A stretch of DNA of 60,997 nt, taken from contig CAMOFK010000005.1 in NCBI GenBank assembly GCA_946613265.1, positions 1-60,997 of the forward strand, written 5' to 3'. The notes under the pieces were generated by a model. That model ran no database searches. It was given only the letters and a program-made list of their open reading frames with translations, and had not been told where the DNA came from. A program made the position numbers and the translations under genes. Shown here piece after piece: positions 18,201 through 27,228 of this stretch. Within the stretch, counting starts at the first letter, position 1. Each line of letters starts with the position of its first letter. This DNA is from an uncultured Verrucomicrobiota bacterium. Lineage in GTDB: Bacteria > Verrucomicrobiota > Kiritimatiellia > RFP12 > UBA1067.

Positions 18201-19370
18201 AAGGAAACCGTTGTAGAGTATGCGCTCGAGGATGTCGGCGTATTTCGCCTCGCCCGTCATGAGGAACATTCTCTCGTTCCAGAGCGCGTTGCCTATGGCG
18301 GCGCATGTTTCGAGATACGCCCCCTCGTTCGGCAGGTCGTATTCGTCGCCGAACGCCTCGTGGGCGCCGCCAAGTTTGCGGTCGCGGTATTTGACGCGCC
18401 TGTGCGCGCCAACGCCGCCGCTGAGATGCAGCTTCTTCTCCGTCACATTCCGCCAGAGCGCATCGACGGCGTTGGAGCACGCCGTGTCGCCGAGGATCGC
18501 CGCTGCGTCGGTCATGGCGCAATAGAGATAGCAGGCGCGCACGGCGTGGCCCAGCGCTTCGCGCTGCTCGCGCACGGGGAGGTGGTCCTGGGCGTGCGTA
18601 TTCGGCTTCCAGCCGGCGCGGATGTCGCCGCGCCCGCGCATCGAAAGCAGCCTCTCGGCGAGAGCGCCGTACCGCTTCTCGCCCGTCTCTTCCGCGAGGC
18701 GGAAGAGCGCAAGCTCGATTTCCTCGTGTCCGGGGATGTCCTTTATCTGCGTCTCGCCGAAGCCGAAAGTCCTATCTACGAGATCGGCCGCCTTGACGGC
18801 GACATCGAGAAGCTTGCGCTCGCCCGTCGCCTGATGCCAAGCCACCGCCGCCTCGATGAGGTGGCCCATATTGTAGAGTTCGTGGCTGTACGAGCAGTTG
18901 CTCCAGCGCGTCGGGCCGAGGCGCCGGAATATCACGGCGCCCTGCGCGTTGGTGTAGGTATGGCCGAGCGTGCGCGCAGTGTAGATGTAGCCGTCCGGCT
19001 CCTGCGCGCGGGCGATCAGCTCCACGAGGCCATCGACGTATTGCTTCAGCTTTTCGTCTGGCGCGGTCGCGAGGATGTACGCCGCGCCCTCGATCGCCTT
19101 GTAAACGTCGGAGTCGTCGTAGGGTATGCCCTGGAAAGTGCCCCAGTTGCGCTCCGCGGCGTTGGCGAAGTTCGGTATGCGCGTCTCTTCGCACTTCTCG
19201 AAATCCGTCCGCAGAGTGACTCGACGGTTTGTCTCCAGGCGCGGCGCCCAGAACGAGTCCGTCGCCACGACAGATGTTATCGCCGGCCGCTCGTACATGT
19301 AGCCCGCGGCGGCCTGGCATGTCCCAAGCGCGGCAATGCCGAGAGCGGCAAAGGTTTTCATCTTCATCAT
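15294..19370 (-). CDS. Secreted fusion glycosidase: N-terminal GH127 (beta-L-arabinofuranosidase, DUF1680) + GH3 with reversed domain order
   Basis: 1358 aa with signal peptide MMKMKTFAALGIAALGTCQA. GH127 motifs are HELYNMGHLIEAAVAWHQATG and GHEEIELALFRLAEETG. These are followed by a GH3 C-domain (LLKNENAALPL), an Fn3-like domain (YPFGHGLSYTTW), and last the GH3 catalytic barrel (ATAKHYVMHN, IMTSYNGMNG, GVVMTDW). Confidence 0.8.
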   Translation of the reverse strand: MMKMKTFAALGIAALGTCQAAAGYMYERPAITSVVATDSFWAPRLETNRRVTLRTDFEKCEETRIPNFANAAERNWGTFQGIPYDDSDVYKAIEGAAYILATAPDEKLKQYVDGLVELIARAQEPDGYIYTARTLGHTYTNAQGAVIFRRLGPTRWSNCSYSHELYNMGHLIEAAVAWHQATGERKLLDVAVKAADLVDRTFGFGETQIKDIPGHEEIELALFRLAEETGEKRYGALAERLLSMRGRGDIRAGWKPNTHAQDHLPVREQREALGHAVRACYLYCAMTDAAAILGDTACSNAVDALWRNVTEKKLHLSGGVGAHRRVKYRDRKLGGAHEAFGDEYDLPNEGAYLETCAAIGNALWNERMFLMTGEAKYADILERILYNGFLSGVSLGGDEFFYQNPLASTGGVARSKWFTTSCCPVNVVRFLPQVPSLAYARRSGEICVNLFIAGKVEFPEAALEIETEYPWEGKVAIKVNPKTDESFAVKVRIPGWARGECVPGDLYRYLDRARDAAVSAALNGEKVDASGEWVVLKRKWRSGDTVSLQFDIKPRFVAANAKVEADNGRLAVQAGPVVYCAEAIDNGGKLADARLDAAQTPRFAGRVEIAGAEFPVVETAAFRGGVPGKLALVPYFAWCHRGAGEMQTWLRARGMESPTPGALLSRRVCEEGFVLLKNENAALPLAKGAKVAVFAPAYGQWLAGSGVSALVKSPYVVDLPEGLANAGFDVDPDSRETVVFVISRECGRGKEPDLGAYELKDEETAELARIKSLGFKRIVVVLNCGVFVATRDLAADPAVSAILYVGLPAMEGGNAIANVLSGAVNPSGRLTQTLARRIEDYSADENWQEALLYVPFEDDIFVGYRYFETLPGAAEKVVYPFGHGLSYTTWKVEPEECARLDDGVCRVRVRVSNTGKAAGRHSVLCYTSLAGGKAEHPAIELRAFAKTRLLQPGESESLELSFDTKFLAYFDDEGVSGHPGSWVIDGGDYTVWAGGGCRDVVKAGVLHMDRRILSSPGLKLSPAHLARRMRVGGMQKLAPVVYGDKNGPLRPVEYPSASPDRKIMFSEVLAGTATLDGFIDQLPAAELAELFCGKPNIAPDGNTGSIGRLDEYGVPGVQTADGPLGLRLKTRTTTSFPSTDLLAGSFDVDLAEEVGRAMALEARQYGVDVYLAPGININRHPLCARNMEFMGEDPALAGEMGAAVVRGIQSTGLSATAKHYVMHNRLNVHRSHLCIISERAAREIYIRAFEILLAKSSPDCIMTSYNGMNGRAAGADTGAIDGILRGELGYNGVVMTDWYAVSAIWSEISAGNDVKMPNDGGTLKDSVKQIRDGWVDPRKVRASAKRILSLVLRHAAKK

Positions 19371-19385
19371 ATCGCCATGTTTTCG

Positions 19386-21248
19386 TCATTTTCCAAGGGA
19401 ACGGCGGATCACCCGGCCGTGCGCCTCGGCAAGTGTGGATGGATCGAATTTGAGTACGCGCCTGTCCCACGTCATCAAACCGTTTACTTCGATTCCGACG
19501 TCTGTCGTCTGCGTATATACGGAGCCTGCCAGGCCGGCGGCGGCGAAATCGCCGAGTTTCTCCATCAGCCCGAGATACGTGCTTTCGAGGCCTTCGCGCG
19601 TCTTGGTGTCTTCTATGCCGCCATAGCCCCAGCTGCCGTTTTTACTGCCGCCGGCCGAACCGTCGCGCAACGTCTCGCGCCACATATGCCCGGGCACGGG
19701 ATGCCCGAGACCGCCGAATTCGCCAAGGAACGATATTCGCCTGTCGTTTACCTCCGGCATCGCGGGCCCGCGGTATGCGTGGTAATCTACCGTGTCAGCC
19801 GCTTCGCACTCTCCCGGCGGCAAATGCGCCGTCGGCCTCTTCTCCCGCGTGCCGGGCACGCGGGCCTTGCCGCCTTCGCGATCGTTCCATCCGGAAGGCC
19901 CGCCGACCAGCCGCGAAGGGTCGAGACGCTTTGCGAGATCCAGCGTGGCGTGCGTGACGAAAGCATCGTGCTGCCCCCAGCCTTCGTTGTACGGAATCCA
20001 CATGGCTATGCACGGGACTTTCTTCAACGCGGCGATCGTCTCGCAAAGCTCCGCGCGGTAGATTCCGTAGTTTTTCGCCGCCTGCCAGCCGCCGCCGCGC
20101 GGGCACGGCATATCCTGCAAGACGAGCATCCCGAGTCTGTCGCACAGCGCGTAGTATCGCAGCGGCTCTACCTTGATATGCTTGCGCATAGTGTTGAAGC
20201 CGCACGCCTTCAAAGTCTCGATGTCGAACGCCATGGCCTCCTCCGAGGGCGGCGTGAGAAGTCCGTCCGGCCACCAGCCCTGATCAAGCGTCGCCATTAT
20301 ATAATATTGACTGTTGTTGAGGAAGAAACGCAATATGCCCTTCTCGTCTTTTTTCTTCTCGAACTTGCGCATGGCAAAGTAGCCGGAGATTTCATCTTTC
20401 CCCCAGCGGGCGGTGAAATCGTAGAGCGCGGGCTTTTCCGGGCTCCAGAGTCTGACGGGCCGCGGCAACTCCACTGTCGCCGGCGCGCCGGCCCGGAAAG
20501 GCGCGCGGCGCCCTGCGACTTCGAGGACGCCCTCTTCGGCAGCCGCCGCGCCGGCGCCATCGACGGCGAAAACGAAAGTCGCCGTGCCCTTGTCGATGTC
20601 GCAGCGGACGTCGTAGTCCTTTATGTAGCGCTCCGGCACCGTCTCCATCCACACCGTCTGCCAAATGCCGCTGACCTGCGTGTAGAAGCATGAATGCATC
20701 TTCGAATCCTGCTTGCCGCGCGGCTGCACGAACGCTTCCGTAGGATCCCAGACGAGAACGGTCAGCTTGTTGGCGCCTTTACGCGCGAACGGCGTCAAAT
20801 CGACAATGAAAGGGACGTCGCCGCCTTCGTGGGAACCCGCTTCGTCATGGCCGAGAAAGACCATTGCGCGAAAATCCACCGCGCCGAAATGCAGGAGAAT
20901 CTTCTCGCCGGGCTTGGGGTCGAGGGTCAATTCGCGCGTGTACCATAGATACTCGTCGCTTTTCAGCAACCTCCCGCCGCACCCCGAAAGCGGCGCTTCC
21001 AGCGCGAATGGCACGCGTATCTTCCCCGCCCACGTTTCCGGGCGCGCGAAAGTGTTGGTGATTGCCGTTATGGCATAGTCCCAATCGCCGTTGAGGCATG
21101 TCCAGTTCGCGCGAACCATCTGCGGGCGCGGATAATCGCGCCAGCAATTTTCGCTTGTCGTCTTTTCGCCCCATGGCGTCGTCATCTGCGCAGCGGCGCA
21201 GGTCCCGGCGAAAACCGCCGCGAATATGCTTGCAAATCCAGTCTTCAT
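19386..21248 (-). CDS. Glycoside hydrolase family 2 enzyme (specificity unknown)
   Basis: 620 aa with a signal peptide. FGAVDFRAMVFLG marks the sugar-binding domain. WSPEKPALYD, FNTMRKHIKVEP and IAMWIPYNEGWG (NE acid/base) also match GH2. A 15-nt gap separates it from each flanking gene. Confidence 0.75.
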   Translation of the reverse strand: MKTGFASIFAAVFAGTCAAAQMTTPWGEKTTSENCWRDYPRPQMVRANWTCLNGDWDYAITAITNTFARPETWAGKIRVPFALEAPLSGCGGRLLKSDEYLWYTRELTLDPKPGEKILLHFGAVDFRAMVFLGHDEAGSHEGGDVPFIVDLTPFARKGANKLTVLVWDPTEAFVQPRGKQDSKMHSCFYTQVSGIWQTVWMETVPERYIKDYDVRCDIDKGTATFVFAVDGAGAAAAEEGVLEVAGRRAPFRAGAPATVELPRPVRLWSPEKPALYDFTARWGKDEISGYFAMRKFEKKKDEKGILRFFLNNSQYYIMATLDQGWWPDGLLTPPSEEAMAFDIETLKACGFNTMRKHIKVEPLRYYALCDRLGMLVLQDMPCPRGGGWQAAKNYGIYRAELCETIAALKKVPCIAMWIPYNEGWGQHDAFVTHATLDLAKRLDPSRLVGGPSGWNDREGGKARVPGTREKRPTAHLPPGECEAADTVDYHAYRGPAMPEVNDRRISFLGEFGGLGHPVPGHMWRETLRDGSAGGSKNGSWGYGGIEDTKTREGLESTYLGLMEKLGDFAAAGLAGSVYTQTTDVGIEVNGLMTWDRRVLKFDPSTLAEAHGRVIRRSLGK

Positions 21249-21263
21249 AATGCGTCCTCCAAG

Positions 21264-24200
21264 TCAATCGTCAATCGCGATCTCGTACCACACCGTGCGG
21301 AACTCCGGGCCGAACGCGAGCAGCGCGCCCCCTTCCGCCGCTCGCGGCGTTATTTCCGCCGTGCGCGAACCGTCGGGGGCGAGCGCCCAGCACCGCACCT
21401 TCTCCGGGGCCGCGCGAAGTGCGAGCGTAAAACCTATGCCGTCGGCCACGACCGGCGCATGGCCGCGCTCTACGAGACGAGTCTCGCCATCCGCGGTGCG
21501 CTCGATTTTCGCGCCGTCGTTATCCGCGCCCGCCGTGGCGGCGACGAGGATGCTCGCCTTGCCTTCGCGCCCGAAACCGGCTGCGTCGCGCGAGACGAGC
21601 GAAACGACGGCATAGCCCTCCGGCGAATCCGTCACATTCAGCGCCACGTCGCCAAGGCGTATTTCGCGGCCGTCCGCATAGCCGGCGAAGGCTTTTACGT
21701 CCGACGTATCGACGGCGTAGTACTCCTTGCCGGGACGCTCGCGGTTCCACACCGTCTCCTTCGAAGCGCCGATCGCGTCTGCGCGGATGTCGCCGCGCAC
21801 GAGCATCGCGGCGCACGCGGGGAAATGCGCCAGCACGGCGGGATTGGCGAGGCAATCGAAGACGCACCATGGCATCGCGTCCGGCTCGAATGCTTCGGGG
21901 TAGTGGTTGTAGCTGTACTGGAAGACGCCGTCCCAGCCGTGCGCCGCACCGAACGCGCATGCGAGAACGTGCCCCTCGCCGCTGAACGGACTTGGATACG
22001 GATGGCCGTATTCGCTCGCCGTGAACGGCTTGCCCTGCCAATGCGATTCATGCTCCAGCGTCAAGAGCGCATCGAAAGAATGCACGAGCGACTCTCCTCC
22101 CGCCGTCCAGTCGCGGCCGTCTGCGCGATCTATCCATCCGCGGTTGCCGGGCCCATGCGGGTGGTGGAAGTATGCGTGCGTATCCACATAGTCGAGGCGG
22201 CTCTGGATTTCGCGCGGAGAATATTTCTTCGTCGTCTGCGTCCCCGAGACTGGCTGCTTGGCGCCGAGCGTGTTCTTGATGTAGTCGCGCATTCCTTCCC
22301 AGAAGCAACGCTCCGTCTCCCAGAGAAAATTCTCGAAGTCGCGCCGCGTCGCGTCGGAGACGTCCGCCTCTTCGTCGGGAAGAGGACGCGCGCCGCAGCT
22401 TTTCCCGTTGCGCACGCGCCACGCATTCCACTGGCGCCGGAGTTCGTCGCGCGCTTCCTGCGGCCATTTCTTCATCTTTCCGTCGCGCCAGGCGAATACG
22501 ATTCCCTTGTCCTCGTTGGTGATTTCGATCATCGCGACAGCCGGCTCGTCCGTGTAGGCGTTGCCGGTGTATGGATTCACGTGCGTCAAGAGATCGCGGG
22601 CGTATTCGCGGTGGAGTTCCACGAGGCGCGGCATGAAATGCCCGAACGTCTTCGTAAGCCCGCCCTTGAGTCCGCCGTCGCGTTCGTCGATCTTGCGCCC
22701 GACGTGCAAATTCATGTTCACGTAGATTCCGCGCTTTTTGAGCGCGGCGACGAGGTAGTCCAGTTTGTCGAACTGCGCGGCGGAGAGCTTGCGTTGCGTC
22801 GCGGTGTCGTCGTCGATGAGGCACTGGCGGCGCTCTTCCATGAAGTTCTTGTACCACGTGTCCATGTAATGCAGGCGGACGCAGTTGATCCCGAATCGCG
22901 CCAGGCGGTCCGCGAGACGGTCGGCGACATCATGCTCCGGGAAGTTTGCAGGCCCCGTAAGATTGGTGCCGTTGAAGCGGATAGGCCCCGCGTCCGTGGC
23001 GAATTCCCCGCCGGCGGCGCGCACGAAACCATGCTTCCCCGCCGGCGCGTCCAAGAAGTGCGCCACGCTAGAGGCGTTCGTCGCGCCGCCGTATGAAATC
23101 ACAAAAGGGAAGCGCACGGCCGGCTTTCTCTGCGCTTTCTCGATGCGCAGGAACACGGGCGCGTGCGGCGGTATCTCGAAAGTGGCGGCGCCCGCGAAAA
23201 CGCCGATGTCCTCGCGCCGCCAGATGTCGCGCAGCTTCGCGTTCGCGGGCAGGCCGTTCGCGGCGAAATCCAGCGTCACGTTGTTCTTGAACGGCAGGAG
23301 ATTGACGATGCCCACGGCGTACGCGCCGTCCGAAAGTTCTTTGACCGCGATCCATTCCGAGGGCGTTTCCGCCGTGCGCTTCGCTCCGGGATGCGCAATA
23401 TCCTGATTGACGTCTATGACTTCGGGATTCGCGAGCAGGCGCAATGTGAATTCGTCCAGCTTGTCCAGCTGGCAGCCGATGAGAAGCGGCGCGTTGAAGA
23501 GGCTCCATAGCGTCATGTGGGTGTATTGCTCGTTGTGCGTGAGGAGCGTCTCGTGGGGTTCGCCCGCGCCCGTGTCCATAAACCCCACGACAAGCATGTC
23601 GGGGTCGCCCCAGAAACCGCTTTCCGAATATGGCGCCAGCTCGAAGGCGGTATTGGCGGCATTGACGAGCCCGCCCCAGCTGTCCTTCAAATCCGTCCAT
23701 GTGCGCCACATGTTTATCCCCGCCAGTTCTCCCCAGCGGTGTCCGCCGTGGCCCCCGGAATTCGCGGAAAACACAATATCGCGCGGCAGCGAGCGCAACG
23801 TCTCGTATAGCATGAGGAACGGGCGGGCGTGATCGTATTCGACGGGGGCGCGGCCGCGCTCCTTCGTCTCCGCGAGGAAGATGCGCGTGTACGTGCAGTA
23901 ATCGTATTTGATGAAGTCGAAGCCCCAATCCGCCCATGTCCTGGCATCGATGGCTTCATGCCTGTAGCTTCCCTCGAGCTTCTGGCAAGTCATAGGACCC
24001 GGCGACGAATACAGCCCGATCTTGAGGCCGAGCGAATGCACATACCCCGCGAGCGCGCGCATATCCGGGAAGCCTTTCGCGGGTATGATGCGTCCGGACG
24101 CATCGCGCGGCCCCGCATACGGCTCGCCGCAGTCGCAATCGTCGTCTTCCGGCGGCGGCGCGGCATCCGCCCAGACGCCGGGCGCGGGCGGCTGCTGCCA

Positions 24201-25127
24201 GCCGTCGTCGAGATTGACGTATGAGTATCCTGCGTCCGCCAGCCCTGTTTCGACCATCAGCCGCGCAGTCTCGCGAATCGTGGCGTCGTCGATTTTCGTG
24301 CGATACGCATTCCAGCTCGTCCAGCCCATCACGGGCGTTATCGCGAGTTTTTCGCCGACGGCGAGCGTAAACTCCCGCTCCGCCTTGCCGTGCGCGTTCG
24401 ACGCCGTGAAAAGCAGTTTGTATTCGCCCGCCTTCGCGACGCTCCCGGAGAGCACGTGCCGCGCGGCGTCGTACTCCATCCCCTCCGGAAGCCCGGCGAC
24501 GGCAAGCGCCATCGGCTTTTCTCCTGTGACGGGGATGCGGAAAAGCACCGGATTGCCGGGCCGCGCGCCGATGATCGCCGGGCCGTTGAAGCGCGGCGCG
24601 GCATCCGGCGGCGGCGTCAATATTCCAAGTTGCGGCATGAGTTCTTTTTCATCCGCGGCCTTTATCTCTCCGCCGCCGGGGAACGTCCAGCGAACATCGC
24701 GCCATTCTGCTTTGAGGTATGGAGTCCCCAGCCAATATCCGCCATCGACCGCTTCGAGAACCACGGTTTTCGCGCCTGCGATGTCGGCATAGATCGCCAC
24801 GGGAGCGTCTTTCGGCGTGAGCATTCCCGTCTCGGCGACGAGTCTGCCGTCGGCATACACGCGAAACGCCATCTTGGCGCGGTTGCGCCGCTTCTCTCCC
24901 CATGGGCCGGGGCTTGCCATCACCGCATCGTCAAAGCCGACCGTCGCTTCAAACTTCGTGGCCTTGCCGCCTGCGTCAAACGCCTTGGCGCATGGCGCCT
25001 GCATCTTCAGCGAATCGGCATATGCGCAAACGCCGGAGCCTCCAAAGATGAGCGCGGCCAGCGCTATCCATATCCTGATGCTCCCGCGCCCGGTTTTCCC
25101 GGCTCGCTCTCTCGCAAGTGTTCTCAT
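21264..25127 (-). CDS. Secreted multidomain glycosidase: NPCBM-like domain + Ig-like domain + GH27 alpha-galactosidase-type catalytic domain + C-terminal clan GH-A (GH5-like) TIM barrel
   Basis: 1287 aa. GH27 motifs are PVMGWTSWNAY, YVNLDDGWQ and FIKYDYC. The N-terminal FRVYADGRLV...VVLEAVDGGYW is NPCBM-like. The C-terminal FGINCVRLH and IEITNED are typical of clan GH-A barrels. The GH5-like call is tentative. Confidence 0.7.
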   Translation of the reverse strand: MRTLARERAGKTGRGSIRIWIALAALIFGGSGVCAYADSLKMQAPCAKAFDAGGKATKFEATVGFDDAVMASPGPWGEKRRNRAKMAFRVYADGRLVAETGMLTPKDAPVAIYADIAGAKTVVLEAVDGGYWLGTPYLKAEWRDVRWTFPGGGEIKAADEKELMPQLGILTPPPDAAPRFNGPAIIGARPGNPVLFRIPVTGEKPMALAVAGLPEGMEYDAARHVLSGSVAKAGEYKLLFTASNAHGKAEREFTLAVGEKLAITPVMGWTSWNAYRTKIDDATIRETARLMVETGLADAGYSYVNLDDGWQQPPAPGVWADAAPPPEDDDCDCGEPYAGPRDASGRIIPAKGFPDMRALAGYVHSLGLKIGLYSSPGPMTCQKLEGSYRHEAIDARTWADWGFDFIKYDYCTYTRIFLAETKERGRAPVEYDHARPFLMLYETLRSLPRDIVFSANSGGHGGHRWGELAGINMWRTWTDLKDSWGGLVNAANTAFELAPYSESGFWGDPDMLVVGFMDTGAGEPHETLLTHNEQYTHMTLWSLFNAPLLIGCQLDKLDEFTLRLLANPEVIDVNQDIAHPGAKRTAETPSEWIAVKELSDGAYAVGIVNLLPFKNNVTLDFAANGLPANAKLRDIWRREDIGVFAGAATFEIPPHAPVFLRIEKAQRKPAVRFPFVISYGGATNASSVAHFLDAPAGKHGFVRAAGGEFATDAGPIRFNGTNLTGPANFPEHDVADRLADRLARFGINCVRLHYMDTWYKNFMEERRQCLIDDDTATQRKLSAAQFDKLDYLVAALKKRGIYVNMNLHVGRKIDERDGGLKGGLTKTFGHFMPRLVELHREYARDLLTHVNPYTGNAYTDEPAVAMIEITNEDKGIVFAWRDGKMKKWPQEARDELRRQWNAWRVRNGKSCGARPLPDEEADVSDATRRDFENFLWETERCFWEGMRDYIKNTLGAKQPVSGTQTTKKYSPREIQSRLDYVDTHAYFHHPHGPGNRGWIDRADGRDWTAGGESLVHSFDALLTLEHESHWQGKPFTASEYGHPYPSPFSGEGHVLACAFGAAHGWDGVFQYSYNHYPEAFEPDAMPWCVFDCLANPAVLAHFPACAAMLVRGDIRADAIGASKETVWNRERPGKEYYAVDTSDVKAFAGYADGREIRLGDVALNVTDSPEGYAVVSLVSRDAAGFGREGKASILVAATAGADNDGAKIERTADGETRLVERGHAPVVADGIGFTLALRAAPEKVRCWALAPDGSRTAEITPRAAEGGALLAFGPEFRTVWYEIAIDD

Positions 25128-25308
25128 GCTTTCCTTTGATTTGATCTGCCTTACTCAATATCTGCCGCGACACTCCCCGCAAGTCCAGCCGCTACGGCGC
25201 GAAAAAGCCACGGACGGCGCAGAGCTTCGCAAGACCTGCGCGCCGCTCCGCGCTTCGCCGCCGGACTCCAGGCCGGCGGCGGCGACGGCATTGCCAAGGC
25301 TGTGGAGC

Positions 25309-27228
25309 CTATTGAAAGACAATGACAAGACCCTTGATAGCGAGATAGACGCCGTCTGCGCCGATCGTGACGCCGAACTTCTGTGTCTCGTCCGCGCCGC
25401 GCACGAACGCAAGCCCGGCAAGATTCGACGGCGCCGCCGTCCACGTGATGAATGGCGTGGCGGACGTCGGCTTGCGCGAACCGATGGCAAGCGAAATCGT
25501 CGCGCCGTCCGCGAACGCAAGGCCGTTGCCGTCGAGACTGTATGGCCCCGACAGACCGGAAAGATCGAGCGTCGCGCCGTCGGCGAGCGTTATACCGGAG
25601 ACCGTCCCCGCGACAGGCTTGAAGGAGCCGGCGATCGAAAGCCCGTCGCCGCCGACGGTCCATTCGCCTTCTCCGCTCTTCACGAAGTCGATATCGCCCT
25701 CGAACCGGATGCAGCTGTTCACGGCGCTTTCGCCCTCGTCCACGCAAACTTCCAGCGTCGCCGCCGTCGCCGCCGTATTCTTCACCACCCCTGCCCAAGG
25801 GAACGCGAAATCGGAACTCGGATCTTTGTAGGATTTGCGAACGCGATCGTACAATCTCACTTTTCCTGTGGAGAAATGATAGACCGGCACCATATCGACA
25901 TTCAGCTCCGCTTTATTCTTGTCGTCCCACACGCGGAAATTGTAAAAGCGGCACTTGGCGTACTGCCCAATCGAAGTCCCGTTTTTGTGGTAGGCGAATA
26001 GATAGAAATTCGCTTGGGCGTTGGCATTGCTTGGCTTGTATCCGCTTTGGCGGATTTCAACTGCGGCGTCGTTTACATCGCAGGACAACGAAAAGCCTGT
26101 CTCGTCGGACGTGTCCGGCAAGGTTTGGATTGTGCAATCGGTGTTTAAAGCGTAGGTAGCCGAAGTATCGACTTCGTTGCCGGCGCTGTACACGAAATTG
26201 TATTTGCCGGCGGCAGTATAGCTGGCCTCGTAGGATCTTCCGCCGGAGCTGTTTCTAGTACAAAACAAAGTCTGCTTTGATGAGCTGCTCCAGAGCATTT
26301 GCACTGTCATCTCGACAGCGTTTGTCATATTCGGCTTGTAGCCGGTATCTACATACTGCTTGCCGTCGGTATCGACGTAATCGAGTTCGCAGTGGGCGGA
26401 GACTCCGTCGAACGCCGTAGCCGCGCCGCCGTTTTTAAGCGGCGCGAGGAAGCGGTTGCGCACGCGGTCGTAGAGGCCGACTTTGTTCTCGTTCACGCCA
26501 AGCGCGGGAACGAGATCCACTTTCAAGTTCCCGTCCTTGTCCCATATCTTCATATAGTAGAAGCGGCAATTGGCAAGATTGGCGACGTCTGACGTTTTCT
26601 CGAGATTGGCTCCTGCCGTGTGCGAGCAAAAGAGTGAAAGAGTGTATCCGGCGGTCAGCGCAAGTTTGCCGCTATCTGTTTGGGAGAAGTCGAATGAATG
26701 ATCATTCACGCTCCATATCTTGTTGTTGTAGTCGATTATCACCGTATAGTCGGTATCTCGCTCGAGCTTGGTAGCGTATGTTCCCGCTCCGCTCACATTT
26801 CTGTAGCCGAAAGAGAGAATCCCGTTTTTTGTCATCCAGCAACCGAAATTGTTTCCTTTGGACGGGCGCGCGCAAAGTAGGAACTGCTGCGTTTCGACAT
26901 CTTTCATCTGGAACTTGATTTCGACTTTGTCGCCGCCGCTTGGAGTGCCGGCGGTGGCGTCCGCGGTTTCGTAGCCTGTGTTTATCCACTGGGTGCCGTC
27001 GGTATCCACATGGTCGAGTTCGACATATTCGGCGAAGCCTGCGCACTTCAAGGAGTTGCCGGCGAGGTCGATGGACGCGCCCGGCGAAAGGCGAACTGGC
27101 CCCAGAGCCGACCAGTCGGCGTCGGCGGAGAGGACGACGGCGCCGGTAACGTTAGTCTCGGCAATGGCCGCGGCGCCGGCGCAAACGGCGCAAGCGGCGG
27201 CAAGGAATGCTTTCTTCGTTCGTTTCAT
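25309..27228 (-). CDS. Uncharacterised secreted protein with two tandem ~190-aa repeat domains and a beta-strand-repeat C-terminal region
   Basis: Start ATG 27228 (MKRTKKAFLAAACAVCAGAAAIA, signal peptide) overlaps the GH28 stop as ATGA. The internal duplication pairs YVELDHVDTDGTQWINTGY with CELDYVDTDGKQYVDTGY, FLLCAR with LFCTR, and CRFYYMKIWD...VGLYDRVRNRF with CRFYNFRVWD...VRLYDRVRKSY. Confidence 0.7.
   Translation of the reverse strand: MKRTKKAFLAAACAVCAGAAAIAETNVTGAVVLSADADWSALGPVRLSPGASIDLAGNSLKCAGFAEYVELDHVDTDGTQWINTGYETADATAGTPSGGDKVEIKFQMKDVETQQFLLCARPSKGNNFGCWMTKNGILSFGYRNVSGAGTYATKLERDTDYTVIIDYNNKIWSVNDHSFDFSQTDSGKLALTAGYTLSLFCSHTAGANLEKTSDVANLANCRFYYMKIWDKDGNLKVDLVPALGVNENKVGLYDRVRNRFLAPLKNGGAATAFDGVSAHCELDYVDTDGKQYVDTGYKPNMTNAVEMTVQMLWSSSSKQTLFCTRNSSGGRSYEASYTAAGKYNFVYSAGNEVDTSATYALNTDCTIQTLPDTSDETGFSLSCDVNDAAVEIRQSGYKPSNANAQANFYLFAYHKNGTSIGQYAKCRFYNFRVWDDKNKAELNVDMVPVYHFSTGKVRLYDRVRKSYKDPSSDFAFPWAGVVKNTAATAATLEVCVDEGESAVNSCIRFEGDIDFVKSGEGEWTVGGDGLSIAGSFKPVAGTVSGITLADGATLDLSGLSGPYSLDGNGLAFADGATISLAIGSRKPTSATPFITWTAAPSNLAGLAFVRGADETQKFGVTIGADGVYLAIKGLVIVFQ

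Noticed and set aside
20296-20312. AT-rich ttatataatattgac segment inside the GH2 gene as an internal promoter
   Set aside because: It lies within an uninterrupted GH2 coding frame (encoding ..NNSQYYIM..) and lacks the TGn extension and upstream context of the intergenic motif. There is no supporting evidence.
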